Positions 11,092-23,182 of a stretch of DNA of 47,876 bases are shown in pieces. Under the pieces are notes generated by a model. The model was not told the origin of the DNA. It saw nothing but the letters and a program-made list of their open reading frames with translations, and did no database searches. The translations under genes were made by a program, and so were the position numbers. The stretch is from the NCBI GenBank assembly GCA_051294375.1, contig CM119267.1:1-47876 (forward strand), written 5' to 3'. This stretch comes from Paraspadella gotoi. Its lineage: Eukaryota > Animalia > Chaetognatha. Each line of letters begins with the position of its first letter. Positions within the stretch are counted from its first letter, which is position 1.

Positions 11092-13213
11092 ACAACTGAA
11101 AGTGTCATGATTCTTGGCGGTGGTAAACCTAGCAATGCCCGACTAAACAGCCCCCCAGATTGTAACCCACCCTGCACTGCTTCCAGTGGAGGAGGGAGCA
11201 ATCTTCAGCTAGACCAAGGGCCTGGAATCAGAAGGTTGGAATACGCTCGACAGGATGGGCTCACCAGTGTGGATAAGGCGCTACGTGGGCTGAAGATGAC
11301 TGTCCGTAACTTCTGTAACCCCCTCTAGCATGCCATGGAACGGGTCCTGGGCTGAACAGGCTTGAGGTTTGCCATGCCCCAAGGCGGCTTACGGCCGTCC
11401 TCACGCTTCCCGCAGGGTAGGTACCGGGTTGGGATGAAACCCGGTACCTAGTGGTCATAGCTGATGGCTTTACTCAATGAGCCACCGGGTCACAACTGAA
11501 AGTGTCATGATTCTTGGCGGAGGTGAACCTAGGCAATGCACTATCATCGAAATAATTTTTTTCTCGGGAAAAAGTGTAGTCCATCGTACAAAAATATATA
11601 TGCTTTTAATTAATTAGGGACTATCATCGGAAACCTCTCAAGCAATATCAGTTGTCAAAAATCATTTCTTAGGAATATAAGGCCTTTTCTCTATTTCAGA
11701 CTCACTTTGTCGGCTATATTCCAGGAACTTTATGATGAATTTACTTTTTTTTTAAATATTGAATAAACAACTGGATACCAAGCATGGATTAAATACAAAT
11801 TTGTTCTAAAAGGTTTTTACTGATCTGAGTTTTTGAAAACTAGCTTAAAAATATAAAGGGAATCATGGGGAATCACTACCATTCTAATTAAATATAATGA
11901 TTGATATTATAACGCACTTGATGTGTTCGGGATTCATCGCAACGATCCGCAAAATGAGTAATTGCCAAAATGATTTCAAATTAATTTTTTTTCTAACACC
12001 CGATAAGGAACCATTTACTAAGTAAATTATTTTTTTAACTGCGGCGAACGTTTCCGGGGACGCAACCAAAGCTCGGCGGACAGCGGCCAGGTCCGACATA
12101 ACTAGGGGCGCTGGGCAACAACATGTCTCTTTAAACTAAAGCAAAGCCCGGAAGTAAAAAAACTTACCCAAGAATTAATAACTTATGTCCCAACGATTGG
12201 GGTTAAAAGCCGAAGACTTTTGCGGCCTTTGATGACGACGCCGCCGCGAAAAGAATTTCTATTATTAGTCGATAAAAGATTTCGTGATTCGTCCTCAGTT
12301 TTTTTTTATTTTTTTTATTTTTACGTGAGACGCTTTTTACGTCCTCGTTGTGGATACGTAGAAAGAGCTCCGGTCAACCAACCAAATTGTATTCAAGTCG
12401 AAATTCGTTTGTTTTGACCGACGTTTAATATTGAGGGAGTCGAGACTTTTTTTGCCGCGATACGAAGTATGAGGAATTGAATGGAATTTCGCGGACATTG
12501 AATTTAGAATGATCGAAAGCTTCGTGAATAAAAGAAATAAAAATTGTTAAGTGAAAAACAAAAAATAATTATGTGTAACCGGTGAAGAACGTTTTCGGTT
12601 ATTAGTGAAAATTGGTAATTTATCATTTCTTTTCGAATAATTTGAATTTAAGTCTCAAGCTTAAGGTTCAATCGAGCACTTTGGTTCGTTTATAATTATT
12701 AATGACGTGCGTATGACTCCGCATTGGAACTGGCTATTCTTTTATAACACAGTAACACAATGGTCATCTGACGTACAAGCTCATGAACAATTGAACATTG
12801 AACAGTTAAGGCGTTAGTGAAAGTAAGTTTGAAAATTAGTTTTGAAAGCATAAATTCGAATTCTTTCATAAAGTTGATTAAAAGAAAATAAAGTCTTAAC
12901 AAAAATGTTTCATTAAGTTTTAGCTAAAAATTGAATAAAACTTTATTATTTTTTGACTAAAATGTTAAATTAACTATAACAGTTTTTAGATTTGGACCCA
13001 CTTAATGAAATAAGTTTCTAAAGAGTCTATATTTTCTTTTATTAACTTTTTGTGAGGAATTCGAATCTGCTTACAAAATAACGAAAAAACAATTTTTTAA
13101 AATTTTAATGCCGCGAGTACTATGTATAAAATTATGAGCTTAACTGCCTAACTGAAAAATAAAAAAAAATTTTATTTTATTTAAAAATGTTCACAGATAC
13201 TTACCTGTTTCAG

Positions 13214-13548
13214 ATCTACTATTTCAAAATTTTGATTCTACTTGATTTTTAATATCTTTGCTACACATAAGCCTCGGGACTGTTCTGCGAGGCTGCTAAC
13301 TTCTGCAGATGGTGCAACTTTTGATTGTACTTTTGGTCTCGATCCTGATACACCTTGCCATCGCTCAATTCCTATGACTAATGCTACAAATATTGTGTAC
13401 AAATATAAACACGACCTAATCTTGCGATCCTTGGTTTGCCAAGCGATGGAGCAAGATCAAAACGATCAACTAATAACTAACATACGTTTGATTGCCGTTA
13501 GTGCTCATTGCTCAACTTGGAATGCAGAAAAGCTAATTATTTTAACAG
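13214..13548 (+). pseudogene. Exon-like cargo of unknown function inside the Transib-like element
   Basis: TTTCAG acceptor, ACAG|GTAAAT donor, about 100 open codons of non-repetitive composition. Confidence 0.35.
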
Positions 13549-13824
13549 GTAAATATTTACAAATTTTTTTAAATGCCACATATTTGTGATGACTTTATTA
13601 ATAAGAAAAAACTACAAAAAATAAAAAAAAAGCTTTAAATCCGCTTGGAAACAAATGGGAAACATTAAATGAATAAGGAAACGCTACATGTTTAGCATTG
13701 CATTTAAGCATAAATAATTTGATAAAGAGGGGAAAATTTTTTCTTAAAATGAATAAGGTTAAAAAGCTAACTTTACAATAAACATCTGAACAATAGGCAT
13801 AATAATAGGCACGATATATGTCCA

Positions 13825-14436
13825 TAGAGTATAGATGAAAGTTACAGTACGAAAATTCTAAATTGTCAATTTATGAACGAACATACCATCATTGACATTT
13901 TATTTGAAGAAAAAAAATTAATTTATGTTGCTTACATTTTTGCAGGAGGCTATATTTATATTTGTACTCATCCTTATAAAAGATCGAAAAATTTAAAATA
14001 GCCTTTTCTTAATTATTTGATTGTCAGATTTGAATTCCTCGTCAAAAGTTGATAGAAAGAAAAATATAAATCATTTACAAAATTCTTTTCATTAAGTCGG
14101 TTAAATTTAAAAAACTAATTTAATAATAATTATTTTGCATATTTTTTCTATTGATAATTGAAAGAATTTTAAAAAAAGAGTTTATTTTCTGTTATATCAC
14201 ACTTTTCATGCGAATCCAAATCTGGTAAATATCTTACAAAAAACTATTTGAAATTTTTAACAACTTATTGGATTAGTACTAGTAGTAAATGAATCGAATA
14301 TGGCCCTACTGCGTTAAATGTTAATATAAATTATGAAAATTTTTTATAACGTAATGTTCTCTAGTATATGTTGATTCGTTCCTTCACTTTCTAGAATTTG
14401 GTAATTAAAGTTAAATTTAGAATTTGCTACTCTTTA
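13825..14436 (-). mobile_element. Roughly 600-bp MITE (TAAGGCGTAGTGAAA-type ends), degenerate copy
   Basis: Reverse-complement match to the bodies of 18715-19856 and 21664-23511. Confidence 0.75.
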
Positions 14437-14489
14437 GTAGGTGAATAATTATAGATTACTATAAAAAAAATTTTTTGTTTTTCTTTCGA

Positions 14490-15157
14490 TGATCTTTCGA
14501 CAAATATGACAATTAGCAAGATGCTGAGCGCAATTCTTACAGGCAAAATGACGCAAGGACTAAAGTTGATGGATACTTTTTTATCCAATACAAGACGGCG
14601 CATTCAATAGTACTCAAGCTTATTTTTAAGTTGCATGTTTTGCATTTCTGGTTTTCTTCCGATTCATGCATACTTCGTAATTGGCATGATGGCAATCTTT
14701 GGAATTTTTAAAGCGTACTATATTTTACATGAGTTTATTGGTTATGTTTCGTGTAGAGCATAATTTCTTCACACAAATGATTTCCACAATCACTTTGTCT
14801 GCAAACCAATTGAGCAATAATTGTGCTTGATGATTCCAATGAGATTTATTGCATTTTAGTTGACATTTATGTTTCTTACAGTCTTTTGAGTTGAAGGCAA
14901 GTTTGTTCGCCAAAATTCCATGGTTTTTATCATGGAAATGGCAGGAGCGTCACATTTATGACCACATTCTTAATGTCTCAGAGCAAACTTTCAGCAACAA
15001 AATTTTTTTACGGTATATTTTTTCTCTAAACTATTTTGTTATCCAATTTGTGTACACCTTTCAGCATTGTGCCATGACAAATGGGCAAAAATTGTTAGAA
15101 ATTCTTAATGTTGACTTGCTAATTATAAATTTCTCCAACAGTTATAATTTTTTGTAA
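14490..15157 (+). pseudogene. Decayed coding-like cargo inside the Transib-like element
   Basis: About 90 codons with one stop (DDLSTNMTISKMLSAILTGK...) followed by an 88-aa ORF; no recognisable domain. Confidence 0.3.
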
Positions 15158-15761
15158 AAGTTTTTAGAGTTTCCGACCAAATATTAAAGTTAACATTTTG
15201 GGCACAGTGACTGAGCAACACATTCGTTCGATTTCTCTCTTTAGAAAAACCAATTAAAACCCTTTTGTTCGATCTAACCAAGAGGAAACCTATAATGTGA
15301 CCTGTTTTTCCATTTCCCTTGAAAAAGGCTGTATTTTGAAGTGCTTTTAACTATTGAATCTACCTTGTTTTCTCCTCTCTCTCTTATGCTACTATGAATC
15401 GATGTGGTTCCTCTTTATCTTCGTAAATTATTTGAGAGGTAAAAATAATTAAATAAGCCGAAAAAACTCCGCTTAGGCGTTTTTGATTCATCTTTAGGAA
15501 ACATAAAAAATAAAATGACAACATTTTTGTTTCCTTTTGGAAATATAAAAATTTATGGCGAATAACCTCTAAATTCCTTCAAGAATTACTCGTGTTAGCT
15601 ATTTCGCAATATGTCCATTAGTATAATTTTTCCGATTTTAACGTTCACTTCGATCATAGTGCAATGCCCGACTACATATATATATATCTTTCTCTGTCTC
15701 TCTCTCTCCCTATCTTTGTATCTCTATTACTCTCTCNNNNNNNNNNNNNNNNNNNNNNNNN

Positions 15762-16225
15762 ACTCCATCATAATTAAATATAATGATTGATATTTATACG
15801 CACTTTGAATGTGTTTCGGTAAATTTCATTCCGCAACGATCCGCAAAATGAGTAATGCCAAAATGATTTTTCAAATTAATTTTTTTTCTAACACCCACGA
15901 TAGAACCACTTTACTAAGTAAATTATTTTTTTAACTGCGATTTTGAAGTGGTTTATACTTATTGAATCATTTTTTTCTCTTTAAAATTTCATTTTACCGT
16001 ATTTGAGAGTAAAAATTAATTAAATAAAGCCCAAAAAAAACTGCCGCTTAGCGTTTGATTCATCTTTAGGGAAAACATAAAAAATAAAATGAAACATTTT
16101 TGTCCTTTTTGGAAATATTTAAAATATTATGGGAATAACCTCTAAAGTTTTCAGAATTACTCGTGTTAAGCTATCCGAAATGTCATTAGTTATATTTTTC
16201 CGTTAACGTTCATTCGATCATAGTG
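15762..16225. mobile_element. Internally deleted copy of the Transib-like element with the same right flank
   Basis: Matches about 11878-12043, then jumps to about 15333-15661; ends CGATCATAGTG|CAATGC..(TA)n. Confidence 0.8.
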
Positions 16226-16423
16226 CAATGCGCCGTATATCATATATATATATCTTTTTCTCTGTCTCTCTCTCTTCCTATCTTTTGTATCTCTATTCTC
16301 TCTCTCTCTCTCTCTCTTCTCTCTATTTCTCTATCCTCTCTCTCTGTGAATCTCTCTCTCCTCTCTTTCTCTCTTTATCTCTCTCTTCTTCTTGTCTATC
16401 TTCTCATCTCATCTTCTCTTCTC

Positions 16424-16478
<55 letters not shown>

Positions 16479-18714
16479 TCTCCATATTTTCTCTATTTCC
16501 CTTCTTTCTCCTTGTTTTGGGGGGGGGGGTGGGGAAAAATTTTTTCTTCTTTCCTCCCTCTCTCTCTCTCTCTCTCATTACTCTCTTTCTCTCCCTCTTT
16601 CTCTATCTTTCTCGTCTCCACATGAACCTAATTTATTTAATTTATTTCATTAACTTTTAAATTAATCTTTTTATCACAAACATTAAAGATGATTGTCTAT
16701 CTTTCTTATAATCCATTACCTGTCTAACTACAGAATAATTAATTTTCTCAATTGTTTCTTTATTAATTGGCAAATGTTTTTTATTCACATAATTTCTTCA
16801 TTTATCAAACCAAGGTCAAATTAAAATCCAGGAAAATCCTTTTTTGTTACATGTAATTATTAAATCGGAAAAATACGCAGTATTCTTAAAAAGTTAACAA
16901 AATAAAAATAGCTGGACCAAATAATAACACAAAGCAAATTACATTATATTTTTCAAAAAGCTCCGGTTTAATGATTTGTATAAATTCCCCCATTTTTTTT
17001 GAAAAATAATTTATAACTTGTTCACTATTTTTTCTCACAAACTTAGATGTGTGTATTCTTTTATTTTGACCAGAGCAAAGGGTAATAAGTTCATGAAACT
17101 CTTTAACAAAAAGATATTTCGGCGCATATTTTTCGTGTTCTGAGTACCTAAGACTTAAGTCTCTATATGTAGTCAATTCTGAATATTCTAAGATCGAAGA
17201 AAGATAATCATTCAGGATTAATTCGTTTTTCGGAAATAGCAAAACCTCAAAAAGTTTACAAAAAATTAGGTGGAATGATATAATAATTAAAATACATAAC
17301 ATTTTTTTGTATGGTCTTAAATTTTTTATCTGAGATACAAAAAGTTTAAAGAGAACAACAAAAATAAAAGAATATATTTCAAAAAAATTTTCATTAATAA
17401 ATATTATGTAAAGTAAATTACTAAGAATATCATGCCTTGAACCATAGCTCATGGTTGTAGTAGAATTACAAATTTGAGAAAAATAAGAAGTGGATATAAT
17501 TTTTATATCGTTGATCCATTGTTTATAGTAAATAAAGAAATATGAACAAAAAAAATAAAACAAAACAAAAATTAAAAAAAATATTTTGGTTCTGAATATT
17601 TTCATTGAAACTTTGTTTAAAAATGATGAAAGTATAATAAAAATTATTAGTAAAAAATAATTGGTGAAAAGGTTAAAAAACATGTTAATTTTTTGGTGCG
17701 ATTTTATTAAAATTTTGTCAAATCTTGGTGGAGAAATATTTAATGATCTTTTATCATTGAAAATTAAAAATCTTGAACTTGTGAAAAAAAGTGGAAAATT
17801 TATATTATATTTCGCATACATTTGACGCATCAGGTTCTGGAGATTTATAAGTCTTGTAAAGTAAAACAAATTAATATAAAGAACTGATATCAGAAAAAGC
17901 TGTAATGCTAGTATAAAAATGTATTTATGAAAAAGTTTCATAAGTATAATGTTTGACCAAGTATGTATCAAGCACAATAATAAGTCTATAATAACGAGAA
18001 TCATTATCATTCCATAATCAGGAGAGAGAAACAAATAATTCCCAAGTTTGTTTTCTTCCAAAAAATTCCTGTTTTTATAATATTTATTAAATGTTTTCAG
18101 TTGCTCTATATTTTTTATACAATACTCTTCAGTTTTATATTTTCCATTGAAGGAAAGAACTTTTTCCCATTGGTTCTTGTTACTAAGGATTCCTTTTATT
18201 ACAATGCATTTACTTCCATAGATTTTATTTTCTATACCATACCGGATAATAATCAGTTTTATGATTGGATCCAATTTTTTGATAAATTTAGAGACTCCCC
18301 AAAAGCCATTCTGGCTAAAAATTATATCACTAATTTTGTTGTGCTTATCAAAAAATAATAACAGGGACACCATCAAAAAGTTAAGAGCAGGCAATGTTGC
18401 TAAATCCAAAAAATCTATTTTGTTTTTATTTTTATTTTGAATTAAAAAATTTTTCTTTATATTTTTAGCAATTTGTATGAGTTCTAAGGTGTAAAGACCC
18501 TGAGAATCATTTAGCGGAGTGAGAGTTTTCAAACCAAACAGAATATGTCACTGATTTCCAGTTTAAAAGATAGAGAAAAAGTGTTGAGCCATAAATAGCC
18601 TGAATAATTCCAAAAAATGAGCTGATTGAATTCAAGAAGCAAAATAATTTCCATGAAAAAACTGGTTTTGAGTATCGAAAATAGATAGCAATCTTGGAAA
18701 TGCTAAAGGTGAGA

Positions 18715-19856
18715 TAAGGCTAGTAAAATTTCCTAAATTTAACTTTAATTAAAATTCTAAAAGTGAGGAATAACAACATTATATGCGATTTTATTCGAAT
18801 CAAACGAGGTTGATTCAGTAACAATCCTCATCAAACAAACAAACAAAACAAAGACAGACTAAGTCTAAGCAAAAAAACATAAAATAGAAGAGAAAAAAAA
18901 AACGCAGTTAATTTAAATAAAATTAATTAATTAAAATTTAAACAATTAAAATTGTGTTCGCTTTGTTGTAAAAATGGAACAAGTTCTGAAGACAGTATTT
19001 TTCATTGTATATATCTTTGAGATAAAGGTTTTTCCTTACGAATTATTAAAAATTGTAGATAGGTCGTGTATCCCAAACATACTCCTAAGTCTCTCACACT
19101 TTCCCATCGATTATATCCAAAAATTTTCGTAACATCATTTAACAGCAACAATTAAGTCTATTCATATTACGTACAGAAAAAGTTTTTACCTTCACAACCA
19201 ATAAAGGAAGAACGAACCACAGTTAGAATAATACAATTCATCAATAATTCCTAAGGTTTTAAAGGCATTTACAAACAGTTTACTTGAAATCTAAAAAAAG
19301 ATACCAAATCTCTTTGCTTGGCTTTACTAATTAAATCATTTAATGTAATAAAAAAATTTATAAGAAATTTTACAAATTATGCAGTAGGCCATATTTTACT
19401 AGTACTAATACCAATAAATATTAAATTTCAAAAACAGTTTTTTCTAAAATTTTTTTCTAAAAAAAGTTGAATAAAAGAAATATAACTCTTTTTGAAAAAT
19501 TCCTTCATTAAGTGGTCAAAAATTAGAAAAAGCTATATTTTAAAGCTGAAAATTTAACTTTTTTATATATAATGTAGTTTTTTTAATTTTTTAACCACTT
19601 AATGAAAGAATTTTTAAAAATGATTTATATTTTCTTTTAATCAACTTTGGACGAGGAATTCAAATCTGCAATCAAAATTAAGAAAGCTTATTTGGAAATT
19701 TTTCGATTTATAAGGATAGTAACTATATATAAATATAGCCTACTGCGAAAATTAAAACACATAAAATTAATTTTTTTACATATTAATATTCACTGAATAA
19801 TATGTTGTTCATAATTGACATTAAGAATTTTCGTATGTAACTTTCACTACGCCTTA
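18715..19856 (+). mobile_element. hAT-like MITE inserted in the XK coding block
   Basis: Ends TAAGGCTAGT.. and ..CACTACGCCTTA; target GTGGAGA duplicated (left copy imperfect) and single in copy B at about 37852. Confidence 0.8.
18783..19324 (-). mobile_element. 5'-truncated LINE ORF2 3' fragment (CR1/L2 group) nested in the MITE
   Basis: Minus-strand remnants FIGCEG and LNDVTKIFGYNRWESVRDL; (TTTG)n tail at about 18830-18850; absent from other MITE copies. Confidence 0.55.
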
Positions 19857-20289
19857 GTGGAGATGCTATTGAAAATTAAATCAAAGTATGATTTGAATTG
19901 GCCAACTGCATTGAAAACTGCCAATCAAGTATATGTGGCCAAACAGAAAAATTTTTAGTGCCAGAAAAAAGTATAACAGTCACACTTTTCTTGGTTTTTC
20001 ATGGATAATGTATTGTTGTGTCACACAGTGCAAAAACTAGGCCTCCATTTTGATGAATTTTCCTTTAATGTTCTTCGCTGGTAAAAGGCGATATCGTTGA
20101 GGAAATGCACAACTCTGACAAAGAAAGCCTTACTACAGTTTATCACACAAAATCATTTTAAATACAAATATATGCAAAACTAAGGATTTTTCTATATTAA
20201 TAATTGGTAAGATTTTTCTTATTTGCAGACATCCAAACCTTACATGTCTCTTTTAGAATTTCATGAAATTTAAAATGATTTATACTGTA

Positions 20290-20924
20290 CTATCTAGGAA
20301 AAAAGTTAGAAACATTTTTTTTTTTAAAAGTTCATTAATTCAATAAAAAATATACAAAACCATGGTAAAACCATCTCATATTTGGTTGCCCTCCCTCGGC
20401 ATCGGACCCACTGCCTGCATTTGTCTGGGCATGCTCTCGTAAAGCTGACAACACAAATGTTTTTGATTTGTTGTGATCGCCGTAAAAAATTTGGCAAATG
20501 GTGATGACGAGGGAATTCAAGTCTATTGCTGATGAATTGTTTGCGTCTTTCCCTCTTTTCTCTGAGAGCTACAATTGCACCTTTATATGAACAAAGAGAG
20601 GGGCTGTCTATCGGCAAAAGCAAATTTAAAAAAATGAAAAAAATACTAACTCAATTTGAAATAGAAACAAATAAACTCATTACCAAGAATTGTGGAAAAC
20701 CTAAAGGCGGATTTTTGTTCGCCGCATTTTTCACTTGAGGTAAGCAATCTGTATTTGCCTCTAGACTTTCTAATACGGTTGGATCTTACGAAAAAATGGA
20801 AGGAAGCAAACTGAAAGAAATTTAGTGTAGAATCTGAAAACATCCTGATTTTTTAAAAAATCGAGCAAGTTTTCGAGTAGATATCCTCAAATTAAAAATG
20901 TTTCTAACTTTTTTCCCTAGATAG
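20290..20924. mobile_element. Tc1/mariner-like non-autonomous element
   Basis: About 30-bp TIRs CTATCTAGG(G)AAAAAAGTTAGAAACATTTT at a TA target; empty site CTGTATATGACC in copy B at about 38272. Confidence 0.75.
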
Positions 20925-21039
20925 TTATATGACCGATAATTTTTACAAATCTTTTTAAAAGGAATTAAATTAAGGGCTTTATGGTAGGCAGAGAGGATGT
21001 AAAAAAAAGAAAAAGTGCCATCTCTGAAACCAAAAACCA

Positions 21040-21400
21040 AAAAAATGGGGCGCTTAAGGAAAATAGTGCTGATATCTTAAAATGATAAAATGTTTTGGTG
21101 AAAACTGAAAAAAGGCTTCCCATTTGATGAAGTCACCAGGTAATTATGATTGCGCCACTTTGAACCCAAAAGTTGGGGAAAAGACTCAACAAAACGTGTA
21201 TGAATGTCATAGTTGTAATCAAATTGTTCTTCATACTTTTTAATTCCATATCTCTGTCAAAACGAAGTGGTAAATTTTATTACTTCAAACCTGAGTAACT
21301 CTTAAGTTTTGTAATTTTTTTTTTATTTTCAAATTTAGGCATACAATCTTTTTTTGACCTATCTTAGTCAATTCAAGGTTATTTGAACACTGATCATGAT
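21040..21400 (-). pseudogene. XK-related copy A, segment with the ESFPQ motif
   Basis: Homologous to 43635-43990, with frameshifts. Confidence 0.7.
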
Positions 21401-22089
21401 TTTATTATGATTATAATCATTATTTTAAATGATTTTATTGTGAAATTTTTATTTTTAATGATTTAATTCCTTTCTTTAATAAACATTTAGGGATACGACA
21501 CTTAGTTTTTCTATTATTAATCCTATAGAATCACTTGGAACTAGGCATGGGGGTTGCTTGGCTCCCAAGGGACTTAAGCCTGTTCCCATAGTGTAGATTG
21601 CTCCTGGTCACAACTTAATTTTTTGGCAGGGTGAACCTGAGCAATTCTTGATACATATCTAATTAAAGCATAGTAAAAATTCTAAATTTAACTTTAATTA
21701 CAATTCTAAAAGTGAGGAACGAATAACATTATACTAATGAACATTAACGTTAAAAAAAATTTATATTAAATTTTACAATTTACGCAGTAGGCCATATTTA
21801 TACTAGTACTAATCCAATAAATATTAAAAATTTCAAAATAGTTTTTTGTAAGATATTTTTACAGATTTGGATTCGTCATGAAAAGTTGATATAAAGAAAT
21901 ATAACTCTTTTTTAAAAATTCTTTCCTTAAGTTGATCAAATATAGAAAAAACTATATTTTAAGCTGAAAAAAAATTTTATGTATTAAATGTAGTTTTTTT
22001 AAATATTTAACCCACTTAATGAAAGAATTTTTAAAAATGATTTACGAGTGAAACGAAAAATTCGTCTGTAATAGCAATTTTATTTTTAT

Positions 22090-22139
22090 TATGTACAGTT
22101 TCGACTCTTAGTTTTTGCGAGTCGCTTCATCAGCAAGTG
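22090..22139 (-). ncRNA. Minimal hammerhead ribozyme, left arm (small indels)
   Basis: Reverse complement of 23133-23182. Confidence 0.6.
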
Positions 22140-22174
22140 AATTCAATAGCGCAAAAATTTTTAAACATTAGTTT

Positions 22175-22205
<31 letters not shown>

Positions 22206-22932
22206 TTTCCAACAAAGAATTGAGCAAGGATAGTGGTCAGATGTGAGGACAGGTGAAAGTAGGGAAAGAGAGAGTATGATTTTTTGAAATTGGTGAAAAG
22301 AAAAGAGAGAGAGAGAGAGAGAGAGAAGAGAGACCACAGGGATCAATACATTAGGCAATGTACAACAGTGAAAAATTTTTTTTTAGAAAAACTAAATATT
22401 TAACAAAAGTAATAATAAATTAATTGTTAGCTGATGATTGTTAGTAAGAGAAAATGAAATAGAAAGAATAAGTGATGAGGGATAGATAAGTTAAAGATTA
22501 AGTGAAATAGTAAGGTAAGAAAAAAGAGCTCAAAAATGAGCTGGCCCCCCCCAGCCGGGCAAATGTGGGACGTTAAGATGTAGTCGGGTCATTGGCCTGT
22601 CATAGGCTGAGATGATATTGTGGTGGAATGGGACAGGGCTGGATCTGGTAAATGATCCGGCTGAAAAATGCCTAGTGCCACTCGAATATCTCTCTGACCT
22701 GATAGGCCTGCGAAGGGCCCTCCTCTCACCTGACGGTGAGGTGGCGATTGCCTGTTCGGGCCTGTTTGGGGACAGGTGATACAGACTCCTTCCGTCCTCT
22801 TTGTAGCTGTCGTTTTGGGCGACGCTTCAGCACGAGAAGAGTCGCGCCAAGTTGCTGCAAGCTCGGTTGAGGCATCGACGTCCATATGCCTGCTGAGAGG
22901 CCTCCGCCTGACCCGTTGAGTGAGGACAGGGG

Positions 22933-22968
<36 letters not shown>

Positions 22969-23132
22969 CTTTTCAACCAATTTCAAAAATCATACTATCT
23001 CTTTCCCTACTTTCACCTGTCCTCACATCTGACCACTAATCCTTGCTCAATTCTTTGTTGGAAACTCTGCTCATCTCGTCTATTCTCTCTCTCTCTCAAA
23101 CTAATGTTTAAAAAATTTTGGTCTATTGAATT

Positions 23133-23182
23133 CACTTGCTGATGAAGACTCGCAAAAACTAAGAGTCGAAACATGTACATTA
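23133..23182 (+). ncRNA. Minimal type I hammerhead ribozyme
   Basis: CTGATGA-A-GACTC(GCAAAAACTAA)GAGTC-GAAA-CATG-TA; palindromic stem III; stem I weak. Confidence 0.75.

Larger units (their letters stand above)
11539..15661. mobile_element. Transib-like DNA transposon, 4.1 kb, non-autonomous or decayed
   Basis: Termini CACTATCATCGAA and CACTATGATCGAA (reverse complement); 5-bp TSD CAATG confirmed by the empty site AGCAATGCCCG in the other LTR. Confidence 0.8.
10862..15676 (-). mobile_element. Non-autonomous miniature LTR retrotransposon (TRIM) with tRNA-like LTRs, Helenus-like; 5' LTR split by the Transib-like insertion
   Basis: Two roughly 285-bp direct repeats with TG..CA ends (10862-11149; 11268-11538 plus 15662-15676); PBS TGGTGAGCCCATCCTG at 11251-11266 (-); G6 PPT at 11151-11156; TATA on both flanks. 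Confidence 0.8.
16886..20287 (-). pseudogene. XK-related membrane protein copy A, 3' coding block, interrupted by a MITE at 18715-19856
   Basis: Colinear with 36027-38280; a 548-codon ORF remains; indels near 18500-18535 relative to copy B. Confidence 0.75.

Noticed and set aside
10862-11538. Tandem tRNA-SINE pair or functional tRNA-Met gene
   Set aside because: TG..CA ends, PBS and PPT explain the duplication as LTRs; no proper acceptor stem
12808-12825. TAAGGCGTTAGTGAAAG resembling the MITE terminus
   Set aside because: No MITE body follows; it coincides with a candidate exon end
14930-14960. Minus-strand CDAPAISMIK resembling an EnSpm/CACTA transposase motif
   Set aside because: Short, the surrounding minus frames are closed, the plus strand has the longer open frames, and a 5-bp TSD does not fit CACTA; not fully excluded
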